A DNA stretch of 64,000 nucleotides, taken from positions 173,367,293 to 173,431,292 of the forward strand of contig NC_068981.1 of NCBI RefSeq assembly GCF_001194135.2, written 5' to 3'. The notes beneath the pieces are model-generated. The model did no database searches, had not been told where the DNA came from, and worked only from the letters and a program-made list of their open reading frames with translations. This DNA is from Octopus bimaculoides. Its lineage: Eukaryota. This document shows, piece after piece, positions 1 through 10,697 of this stretch. The position numbers and the translations under genes were made by a program. Within the stretch, counting starts at the first letter, position 1. Every line of letters starts with the position of its first letter.

Positions 1-19
1 GAGAGAGAGAGAGAGAGAG

Positions 20-150
20 GTCAGGTCCCTTTAGTTTTATTCACAAGGTGTTATGTGTGAAGCATCGGCAATAATAAAAGTAATTTGCCCAATGTGCCGC
101 ACAGCAAAATTGAACCCCGAATCCTGCTGCGAAGCGAACTTGATAACATA
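20..150 (-). mobile_element. Diverged tRNA-derived SINE fragment
   Basis: Reverse complement resembles the head of the SINE at 23708 (ggttcaattttgctgtgcggcacattgggcaa); retains CpGs. Confidence 0.5.
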
Positions 151-590
151 TCTTTTAAAAGAAATAAAATAATCCAAAACCGAAATGTTTAAATTAATGC
201 TTGTATGAAAGCCTATATACATATTTATATATATATGTCTGTATGTACATATATTTATATATGTATATGTACACGCACACACTCATGTATGTGTAAATAT
301 ATTAAATAACTTTCATATGATCGTTTTAAAGAATGTGCAAAATAAAAAGTATAAGTTTTCATAGCTAAATTTGTTTATTTAGACTCTACTCCATCCATCC
401 CCACCTTCGTTCGAATTTAGACGAACTTTATATATTTGCACTTTAAGAGCTCTATTACTTTGTGTTCCTTTTGTTACACGTCAGAGCTCATCTTTTAAAT
501 GGTCGGTCCTCGGCTGTTAACTTCAACTGAGTTATGCCCCTTCCTGAAATAATTTACCCTACCTTTCACTTCCATTACTAAACAATCAAA

Positions 591-600
591 CAAAATGGCG
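591..600 (+). promoter_or_regulatory. YY1-like motif (CAAAATGGCG), possible TSS-proximal element of the orphan ORF; contains a tiny uORF (ATG GCG CAA TAG)
   Basis: Matches the AANATGGCG YY1 core, ~150 bp upstream of the ATG at 749, in CpG-retaining sequence. Confidence 0.3.
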
Positions 601-748
601 CAATAGTTCCAGACTAGAGCTTTTCAGCACCTGCTTTTATTTTTGCCTAGCTCATATATTTATAGACATTTGTATTAGTTTTTGTTCCACCAAATCCCAG
701 CTACAGATAGCTACATCAACAACATATATAGGTGCGGGGTTTCCTGCC

Positions 749-1636
749 ATGCCAAAGAAGAAAAAGAAAATGAGTTACGAAAGACGTCGACGACAAGACA
801 GAAGTCGCAAGAGATTATTTCGTGGTTCACAGTCTGATTTATCTCCAATGAACGGTAATCATGGTAATTATGTTTCAAAAGCTTATGCTATTAATGAATT
901 TAATTTTGAGGATTTGGATCGAATGATTATGTTTATTACGGAATCGAAACAAATTCAGGGTCGCTACTACGTTCGTTATCTTCCAGGCATGCTTAATTCC
1001 GCTGGAGAATTGACTCCATGTAATTATAGACCCGTTTTCAGCTTTACTTCTACTGCTGCTTCATCTGATTATAACTTTATCCAAAATAATGATTACAGCG
1101 ATGGTTCCCCTGAAGTTGTTGACCTAACTGACAGCGACGGTGTTTCGTCGGAAAACAGTAATCCTGCATCGCCAGCTTCACCTTCAACTGTTGACGAAAC
1201 TCAAGAGAAACATACTGAAGTTGAAGGTTCAGAAAATGGTGAACCCGGTGAAAAAAAAGATTCGAAAAGTGAAACACCGGGAGCAGAAAAAGCGAACGTA
1301 TCTAAATCGGTACCAGGTTTTCTATCAACGATAAACAGGAAACAAACCGCACGGAAAAGTATGCGGCAACAAACTGAATCATTGTCTTGCGGAACTGAAA
1401 ACAGTGCATCTCCGGCGATTGACATGGAAACGGAAACTTCGTCCGTTTCTGCTTCTAATTCCGATTCAGTAAATACCAATAATAATATTCGAAGTAAAAG
1501 TACCAGTAGTTCTATCAACAAAAATAACCTTGTAGCTAACTCCTCACTAACTAGCAACTGTAAGAGTAAGCTACCATCTGATAAGTGGGACATTTTGGAT
1601 GGAATAACAGTGACTATGAATCCAGATTTTCGATGA
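749..1636 (+). CDS. Intronless 295-aa orphan ORF; predicted nuclear, largely disordered Ser/Thr/Asn-rich protein with NLS, SIM and H3-tail mimic
   Basis: Uninterrupted 888-bp ORF in AT-rich DNA, not repeat-derived by eye; gccATG start context. PKKKKK (aa 2-7) and RRRRQDRSRKR; VVDLT at 1115-1129; KQTARKS at 1340-1360. No family recognised. Confidence 0.6.
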   Translation: MPKKKKKMSYERRRRQDRSRKRLFRGSQSDLSPMNGNHGNYVSKAYAINEFNFEDLDRMIMFITESKQIQGRYYVRYLPGMLNSAGELTPCNYRPVFSFTSTAASSDYNFIQNNDYSDGSPEVVDLTDSDGVSSENSNPASPASPSTVDETQEKHTEVEGSENGEPGEKKDSKSETPGAEKANVSKSVPGFLSTINRKQTARKSMRQQTESLSCGTENSASPAIDMETETSSVSASNSDSVNTNNNIRSKSTSSSINKNNLVANSSLTSNCKSKLPSDKWDILDGITVTMNPDFR

Positions 1637-4600
1637 CCTAATGTTGTTCTTCTCGTACAAAAAAAAAAGATACAAAACAAAACAAAAAAAAGCAAAAAAA
1701 TTTTAATCATGTAAACTTTTACCAATTCGTAGCATATACATTAATTTCATGAAGTCATTCATTCAAGCGAATTTCTCGTTCTACTCATGAATTTCCAACA
1801 TGGCTGCCTGATTGATAATTGATTACAGGTATCTATTGAATGGATTAGTCACTTTAACTGGAAATTAGTGAGTGTGCAATTATATTCTAGTTTTGTTCGG
1901 CCAAATTTTTGGGTATCTATTGCTACATTAGGACTCCTGCACTGATGTCACGTGTTTCAGCAGCCATATTGAGACGATTTTAGCTGGCTGAACTAATTTA
2001 GTCACAGGCACTGCTGCATTTAAAGTTCCGATTTTCATCTGATAATGTGTTCATTTTATCCTTCTCTATAAATATTGCAAAAAAAAAAAAAAACCATTTT
2101 TTTTTTTTCGAAATATCCTCAATATATATTTTATTTTCTATTGTAAGAAAATGGGAAATGTTCCGAAGATGAAACTAAATAATCTACATTTTTGGACAGG
2201 ATACTCTTGAGTCGGCTAAACTTAAATGACAAAAAGAAAAAAAATTATTCGAGAAAGGCGGGTTTACTATGTTTATACATATGTATATGTGTTTCATATA
2301 TATTTATAGATATATAAAAACCTGTTGATGTTCTTCAGCTTGTGTTCAAAACAAAAATGCTGTGTGTCTATTTACGTCTCACTTAGCTTTAATATTTCTT
2401 CTTTTTCCTATTTGCTCCCCCTCCCTTTCTCGTTTTAAAAGGTAATATTTAATTAATCATTATTTAATACTTGGAAACCTTTACTCTAAGACTGTAAACC
2501 TTCTTGTGGTTATGCTTTGACTTACTTTTTAAGATCTGACTGATACTTTCAACAAACACAAACAATTTGAAAGGAAACAATTTTTTTATATGAAAAATAC
2601 ATGTAGAAAGCAAGCCACTCCATTTGAAAAAAAGGTTCATAATCATATGACTGCCATGCTGACTTGATTTATATTTTATTCAGTACCTTAAAATGTATAT
2701 CATCTTGATAAACTTTTTGTCTCCCTTCTTTATAAAACTTCATTTTTCTCTTCATTTCAAGTTAAAAAATAAATCTTAGTTGTGAGAATGTTGACCTTTT
2801 TGTACCTTTATTAAAAAAAAAAAATTAACGATTGAAAAATATTTTTAAAATGTGCTCTCAAGAACTCAATATTTACATACACAGACACACAAAAAAAAAT
2901 TACTGTTGGTGTTGTTTTAGTTGTAGAAAATGTTTGAAGAAGTATTTTGAAGAGATATTTACATTTACAGAAAAATGAATGGTTAATTGTATATGCTTGA
3001 TATAGATGTTTATGCATTACACAGCAGATATAGATATCTAGAACATTGAAGTTTTAAGTCGTATTTATGAATCATATCCTAACGTCTTCTAGTGATATTA
3101 TTTAATATACAAAATGGTTTAAAACAAATGTTAATAATCTAAACTATTTTTAAAATACTGCTTCCAGATCTGGATTTATTGTTCTTTGTTTACATATTTT
3201 GGCTTTCATCAAATAGCTGTTATATGATCTTGTTTTGTATATGCAATTGTTTATTTGTAACATTTTGACATATTTGTTCTGGAGAGTACAATATTTTGAT
3301 TTCCAAATATATAGGATAGATACATTATTTAATGTTTTTATTTGCACAGGAAATGTTTTTTGTAAGGTTTTCACGATAACATTTTTTAATTCAATTTTTA
3401 AAAAATATTTGTTGACAACAGTTGTGTTAAGAGTTGTGGATATTGATGGAATTGCCTGTGAACGAATTTAAATTACTATTTTTGTTGCAAATTAATTGCA
3501 TTCAAGAAAGTTGTTGACGTTGCTTAGCGTATCAGATTTTTTTTTTCTAATAGCTTAACCACCGACCATTGGTCTTTGTATGATATACACTCTGAATAAG
3601 TCTCTCTTTGCTCTATTTTTTTCCCTAATCTTCGTCCTTTTTTTTTTTTTCATTACAAATTAAGGTTATATTTATTGCACTTGAGTTATTTTGCCATTAA
3701 AAACTGACTCGCTGATTAAAAGCTAAACTAATATTTTAATTGTTGGATTGTCCCCGGTCAACTCTATTGTCAGCATGGAGGCTGCCGATTAAATAATCAA
3801 CATTATTTTTCAAGCCATGGCTATCCCGTCTTGTGAAAGGAAGAACATTGCAATTGGGACGTTCTTATTTAGCATCTATCGCAATAGCAACCGATCTATT
3901 TCCCATTTATATCATTGTATACACTATTATTTCTTGTAGAAGCTTACTTATTTGCAACAACCTAGTTTTTTTTTTTAAAGAAATCGTGCTAATTTCATTG
4001 TATTGTTTTATTATATTGAAAAAAAAAATTTATTACTTCGTCCTATGAAGAAAGGCATTGTTCATTATCATCTGTACTGAACGGGTTGAGCTGTCTGGAC
4101 AAATTGAGTGCATTTAATTCTTCGACTGAATTGAGTGGGAGGGTGGTGTGGATATAGCACGGGAAATATACTTGTTTGAGTAGGAGGAGGCGTATAAAAT
4201 GCATGTTCAGTGGCAGTTGTAGGAAAAGCAGTAACGGTTTATAGTGGGAGGACACAGCTCAACAACTGGCTGGTGATAGCTTATTAGGTTCATATTGGCC
4301 CTGATCGAGCACACCTATGAGCTCTTTCAGTCGTGATCAGTGTGTCCTTTTTCTTTTTCACCCAGGATCGCGTTATTTAAATGTGTTTCATGTGCTTTAT
4401 GGGCGGTATGATAGCATTCAATGGAAATCTGTGGCTGTTCTTTCTAGCCGGTCGGCTGATCGTTGCCTCGTCAAGTTTTTTTTTTCTTGTGTCGTATTTC
4501 ATTGACAGGTTGTTCGTTAAGTAATTCCAGTCGTGGAAACAATATTCTGTGTTGTATATTTTTAGTTCAGGAATGACAGATATTGGCTTTTGAACAGAGA

Positions 4601-5230
4601 TCACTTGAAATAGGTCTAAGTGATTTGAATGTAGTTAATAAGCTAATTGTTTAGTTTATCATGACATAACATGAAAGCTTAGCGCTTATGTCCGATTTGG
4701 GGGATCTTTTGCCTCTGGTAAACCAAGACACTGATGATGTAGTTACATTGTCAATATATTTAAGGATTTTTACAGTTGCCCGATAAGTCTAGTAGTGTTG
4801 TAATAGTTTATCAGTTGTTATTACTTCTATTTAACTTGGATTGTTTTGGAGTTTTGTCAGGTTTATTGAAATTTTAGATATTGTCAATGGAAAAAAAAAG
4901 TAAATATTAGATTAAAATAAATGAAAGCTGAAGAAACCGTAGCTAATCGAGCTTCGATAGTAGAACCAAAACAGTAGCAGTTAGTGTGATAGTGGCCGAA
5001 GAATGCGTTTAACCGATTCTTTCAAGCCTACATAGTAGCTTTTTAAATATTAGCCGTCGTATTTTGCGATAAGCAGTTACTGTTATTTACTTAATGAATT
5101 TAACATTGCAAAAACACACGACTTATTAATGTTCCACAGATGCTTAATACTATAGTGTTAAAATTTATATTATAAATACTTACACTAATGAGAAGTACTT
5201 CGTCAGATTTGTCAGAATTTTTCCTGATGA

Positions 5231-5341
5231 AATGTGTGCGTGTATATATATGTATGTGTGTATGTATATGTGTGCGTGTGTGTATATATATATATATGTG
5301 TATATATATGCGTATGTATATATATATATATATATATATAG
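5231..5341. repeat. Compound (AT)n/(GT)n microsatellite; representative
   Basis: Similar tracts at 1-19 (GA), 200-290, 7310, 22725, 26100, 28545-28930, 31006-31130, 33870, 34165, 50315. Confidence 0.9.
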
Positions 5342-5517
5342 ATGGAATAGAGACAGCTGATGAAAGGATATTCCAAGTGGCTTTCCGTTTTCCTATGTGT
5401 TCGTTCCGTTGTCTGTAGTTTATTGTTCTAACGTCCTGTACCCTGATATGCATATATATACACATGTAGATGTAAGTATGTACATATATGTGTGTATACA
5501 TGTATATATATTCTTTG

Positions 5518-5559
<42 letters not shown>

Positions 5560-5801
5560 CATCGTTTAACGTCCGCTTTCCATGCTAGTAAGGGTTGGAC
5601 GATATGACTGAGGACTGGTTACGTATATAATGTGTGTGTGTATATATGTATATAATGTCTGTATGTATGTATGTATATAAAAGGAGATTATTGGTTGTAA
5701 AGGGTCTTCTGAAATAAGTTAATTGCAAGTGCTAAGAACAGCACATGTACATTCATTGCTGATGAAGTCATAATTTTGTAAAGTTAAATTAGATTCTTGA
5801 A

Positions 5802-6009
5802 CCCTTTAGCATTCAGATTAGTCTGTCAAATTTAATGCTTATTTGTTCACATTGTTTTGCATTAATCATGCATTATCTTGTAGCTTTGAGATTTCAATGA
5901 TGTGATTGATTGTTTTCAGAATGACATTGCAGAGCAGATGTAAGAGGCCAGATCTGGCTAAACAGATAGAATATTTGGGTTGGATGTGGTGGGGTTAAAT
6001 GCTAAAGGG
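5802..6009. mobile_element. piggyBac-type MITE
   Basis: CCCTTTAGCATT...AATGCTAAAGGG termini; flanks TGAA and TTAA. Confidence 0.7.
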
Positions 6010-7308
6010 TTAATAACTATCAATCTTTTGCAAGAACCAGAAAAAGTGAATCTCTATATCAAAATGGTCTGTGTAACTTTAGGTAGGATTAACAGTTTAT
6101 ACTATTCTTTAGCCAGCCAATTTGAAAACTATATAAGGCAATATCACCCAACATTAATTTTGATAAACATGTTATGAAAAAAAGACCTAGGTTCACCATG
6201 TGTGTGCAGACCTATGATCAAACACATTTCAGTTTTTCTTTGCTATTTTACATCATCATCAGACCATGTGTTCTTTTCCAGTTAGCAGTGAGATTTGGCT
6301 GTTACATCTTGTAGGTTGGAGATTATAGAGGCTTCCTTACTGGATAAGAAGCTTGTTTTATTTTCAATATTTGAATATAGTACAAAAGCCTTCTGAGATT
6401 ATCTAAAGGCCAAACCCAAATTCTCAATGTATTCTATGACTTGTGCGATCCTATTTTCTGGTATTGGTTATATGAGAGAGACACTTGTCAATGGAGCACA
6501 TTTATGCATACCTATGTAGATAGAGGCATGTATATTTGCATATATTTTATAGTACCTCTTGTGAAAAATAGCAGTATTCATTTTATATTTTCAGTGTGTA
6601 CACTACATCATTTCCAGTGATTAGGAAGTGTCTCTACAAATTGGGTGGATTTTAGTTTAAGGGCATTGGTTTTCTTGACAATATTTGCATCCTTGCCAAT
6701 ATGGCAGTGAAAAATATATTGATCTCTGAATTCGAAAAGTAATCAGTTGTTTAATTAACTTCACTGAATTAGCATGTTATTGGTTGATCATTCTACAGAC
6801 ACCTGTACCCTGAATGCAATTTTTAAGTTAAATCAATGTAACATGGTTTGACTTAAATTGCAGGTGTAGTCCAACTGTTGGGCATCCACACAGTTTCTGT
6901 GTGTCCTGTTTCACTCACAAGGCTTGGGTTGACCCTAGGCTAAGGTAAATAACACTCAAGATACCACACAGGAGGATTGTAATGAGCCCATGGGATTGTG
7001 ATGCAAGTTTCTTAACAGAGCTGGCTGTGTGTGTGATGGATTCTCCTGTCAAAGATGATGTGAGTGTTCAGCTTTAGCTGATTTGTTTATAGCGATTGAA
7101 TGTATGTGTTGTACATTAGCTAACTCCCTTGTTCAAATCAATGTTAACTGAACTGGTGCAAGGTGTACCACATGTCAGGTGTTGGAATGATCACAGAGAC
7201 TTAGATGAAATGTGTTGCTCAAGAACGCACCAACTGATTTAGGAATTGAAACCATGATTTCTTGAGTGTGGGTGCAGCACTCTAGACACTAGGCTATGCA
7301 TATTCTCA

Positions 7309-7339
<31 letters not shown>

Positions 7340-7552
7340 AACACACATGACTGGCCTGTTGTGTATGTATATAGTCAATCCAAGAATATGGTAGAAAATG
7401 CTGACGTGAAATTTCATGTGCAATCATATTTTTGGAAAGTGTCCTTTACACATAGCTGTATAAACATGAGAAAACTATTAGTATGAACATGATGCATATG
7501 AAGGATGGCAGTTTGGTGAAGAAGACTAAGTTTAACCCCCTTTTTTTTACCA

Positions 7553-7697
7553 TATTGGCGTTAGGAAGGGCATCCAGCTGTAGAAACGCTGCCAAATCAG
7601 ATTGGAGCCTGGTGTAGCCATCTGGTTCACTGGTCCTCAGTCAAATCATCCAACCCATGCTAGCATGGAAAGCGGGCGTTAAACGATGATGATGATA
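7553..7697 (+). repeat. RTE 3'-end short repeat with (GAT)n tail; representative of at least 14 copies
   Basis: ggcgttaggaagggcatccagctgtagaaa...gttaaacgatgatgat. Others at ~5560(-), 14780(+), 20865(+), 21727(+), 22375(-), 34697(-), 47730(+), 48120(+), 48560(+), 50690(+), 54730(+), 60775(-). Confidence 0.85.
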
Positions 7698-10109
7698 TTG
7701 CTATTGAATTGTACTGCCTTTGCTTTAATTAATTTCAAAAATAGTGAATTCATTAAAATAAATTTATCTTTAGGCTACTGTTTGTTAAATAAACAAGTAA
7801 TTTTGCAGGTGATTTTCATTTAGATCATTTTAAAATGGTGAATTTATATATCATAGAATCGGGTGCTTTCAGGCAGTTTGGTATCAGAATGGTTAAATGA
7901 TGATGCACCTTGCCAACCATCCCAATATCCAGCTTGTAACTTCAGAAATTGCCCACTTAGTGGATTGTGCTTCTCTAACACCTAGATGATTATCTGTAGC
8001 TCATCACAAATACTTCTAAGAATTGATACAACCAACATATACAATCATTCAGATTGAGGGACAAAATTTTACTTTTTAGTCACAAGTTGTTTAGAAATGT
8101 ACATCATAAAATAGGACACATTGGATAGTCTATAATCTCGGAATTGCAGATTGTGCTCAACTGACATGGTTTCTTAGATCCAAGTTCATATTGTTTGCTT
8201 TTATAGACATTTCTTTTCAGAGAATCCTAAAGGTTTGCAAATGAATTTCAGAATGAAGCAGAGTAGTTACCCCTGTCACCCACCTAGCACCAAGAGTGCT
8301 CTCCCCTTTTATAGAAGCCAAAAAATAGAGCCTATTGATTAATACCAATAATTCTTCATGATCACCCTAGCCAATTTGACTTAAAAGTTGCCTAAATGAC
8401 TATGTGGCAGGAGGCACAGTAGTAATACAGTGAATTATCAGCTGCCTTCTAATAAATACACACGGAGTATTTTTTAAATTTTATTCGTAATAAAAAAAAC
8501 ATATACCAACTTCCTGTCATATAAGCACTATCTATTAATCGAGAATATATAACTAAAAAAGAAATATTCCCTCATGTAATCCATGAAGAATATCTAGAGA
8601 TCCTTCCAGATTTAGGATCAAGTTGAAAGAAATGGGTGTTAAATCAGTTGGTATTTGGTTGTTTGTCTAAATTTCAGGTGACAAGTAAAAATTAAGCATA
8701 CATTATGCATTTATTCAGGGTTACTGTAATGCTAAGTTTAGTTCTAAAAAGGATTTTGATTTAGTCTTTTCTAATCCTGTCTAAGCAGTAATATTGTATT
8801 CTGTAAGCAAACCTTCGTCTACGCACAGTCAATATCTTAAATTTGAAATATTGATTTAAGTATTCTAAGAAGTAATGGGGAACAAATTTTTATATCTTTA
8901 TGCAAAATGATAGTTGATAGCATGATCAGATACTAAAATAGATCCCTCAAGAATAACAAGATCAAAGAAATGTTAGTTTTCCACCAAGGGACTTGTAACA
9001 TATTAGCAAAGAAAAAAAACAAACAAACTATCTTCTGGTTTAACTCCCTTTTCAGTCTTAATTGAACTCTCATCCAGCTAAAAACTTAGTTTAATTTCAA
9101 AGTATTTTCCTGGTTGCAACAAACTGTACAAGTTATCTATTCTTAAAAACACCAGCATGATCTACACTTGTTTTTCAAGTGTCAGTAACACTGTTGCAAA
9201 TAGTAACCAAGCTAAACCACAATGTACACTAACCAGGGCTCATATAAACAGCTCTATGCTTGAGAACTAAAGCAGTAACCCACCAGTTTTTACAAATACT
9301 GATAAGAAAATCAACTACTTAGATAAGCAACTATGCAACTAGAAATTGCTAGATTGCCTGCCACATTGCTAAATGTTTATCTCCATCAAAGTGTGGAATG
9401 GTTCAAGAGCAACTAGCTTACAGCCCCAACTAGGTAACAACTAGTTTGACCAATGTAACTAGGTCATTGGGGGTCAGCAACAGAAATAGTTGTTTTCTTA
9501 GCTCCAGGTTACCTTTCATCAAATGAATCTTTGATAAGACACATTTCACTTGTAACCATTCACTTTTTTCTTGGTAAAGTGTACCTTGGACTGAAAAAAA
9601 CCCAGGATAACTATGACTAGAACATCTTTAATCATAGGTTGCTTGATGATAGCTGGTCTGGATGTAAACTAACAACAATAACAATTATACTATCTACCAG
9701 CCAAAACCTAGTGTCTCAGTTACTTTGGCTAATAGATGGCCAAGCTAGTTGTTACCCAGTTGCCATCTTATCTCTGGAAGAGTTCAAATCATATACAGGT
9801 ATATGTGAGGGACCCTTCCATTTAGAAGTTATGTGAATCACAAATTCACCTATAAATTTGCAAATAAGAGAATACCATAGCTCTATCAAGTTGTGAATAC
9901 AAACTAAAATTTAAGTCACATGATCCATTTTAGCTCATGGCATGGAATAAATTAATTAAAAAAAAATCCTGTGATCTTTATAAAATTCTAGATATTAAGT
10001 AAGGCAACAGACATTTTAAACACGGACTGAGTTAATAGCAAATGTCATACAAGGTTCTAGCTACAAAATGACAAACACTCACACTAGATTAATTTGACAG
10101 ATATATATT

Positions 10110-10660
10110 ATCAACCTGCTACCAGATTGGTAAAATTTGTCTTTATTGGCTTCTGATGCTTCCAGTAGATTGGAGTAGACTTCCACTCTCCTCTCTTTGA
10201 AATCTGGTATCAAATGCCAAGGTACCCACTTTACACACAATTTGCTATATCTAAAGTCTTTCACCACTTATGTATTGCTTCATGACAATAGTTCAGTTGT
10301 GCAACAAACTCACAGATATTGACTTGTTTGTCCACTTGCTGGCAATCCAGTCAGTGATCACAGTTGATGGTCTCCAACTGTGTGCTTTGTCTTCGATGCT
10401 GGTTTCCCCTTTAAAATTCTCCATTCATCTGTGCACATTATTCTTCTCAACAGTGTCATCTCCATAAAAAATCTGTAACCTTTTGTGGATATTGGACATC
10501 TTGCACCACTCCTTCATTTAGACCTCAATGACAGTACATTGCTTCTGCTTGAAACCTGTTATTTACCTGCAATAAAAAGCAAGAATAATTACTTTAGAGA
10601 AAGAGTTACTCTACCAACATGTGCAGTTTGAACTACCTCTGTCAATAAAAAATTATGCAT
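10110..10660 (-). mobile_element. Mariner transposase N-terminal remnant
   Basis: IHKRLQIFYGDDTV...GETSIEDK...RPSTV and SKLCVKWVPWHL (WVPHEL-like motif). Confidence 0.75.
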
Positions 10661-10697
10661 ATTTTTGCATTACTTTTGGTGCAACCCCTCATATATA

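Noticed and set aside
1658-1700. A-rich tract after the orphan stop as a retrocopy poly(A) tail
   Set aside because: No upstream AATAAA and no flanking target-site duplication found; interrupted A-runs are common in this window.
1201-1725. 174-aa minus-strand ORF
   Set aside because: Antisense shadow of the Ser/Glu/Lys-rich orphan ORF; its start lies in the A-rich 3' tract.
3700-4860. CpG-containing block with short ORFs as a gene or LINE ORF1
   Set aside because: No sustained frame or recognisable motif; left unassigned, probably a decayed repeat.
5357-5420. Other CTGATGA cores as hammerheads (also ~5223, ~5758, ~35912 minus, ~38652)
   Set aside because: No stem II followed by GAAA, stem III and an NUH triplet.
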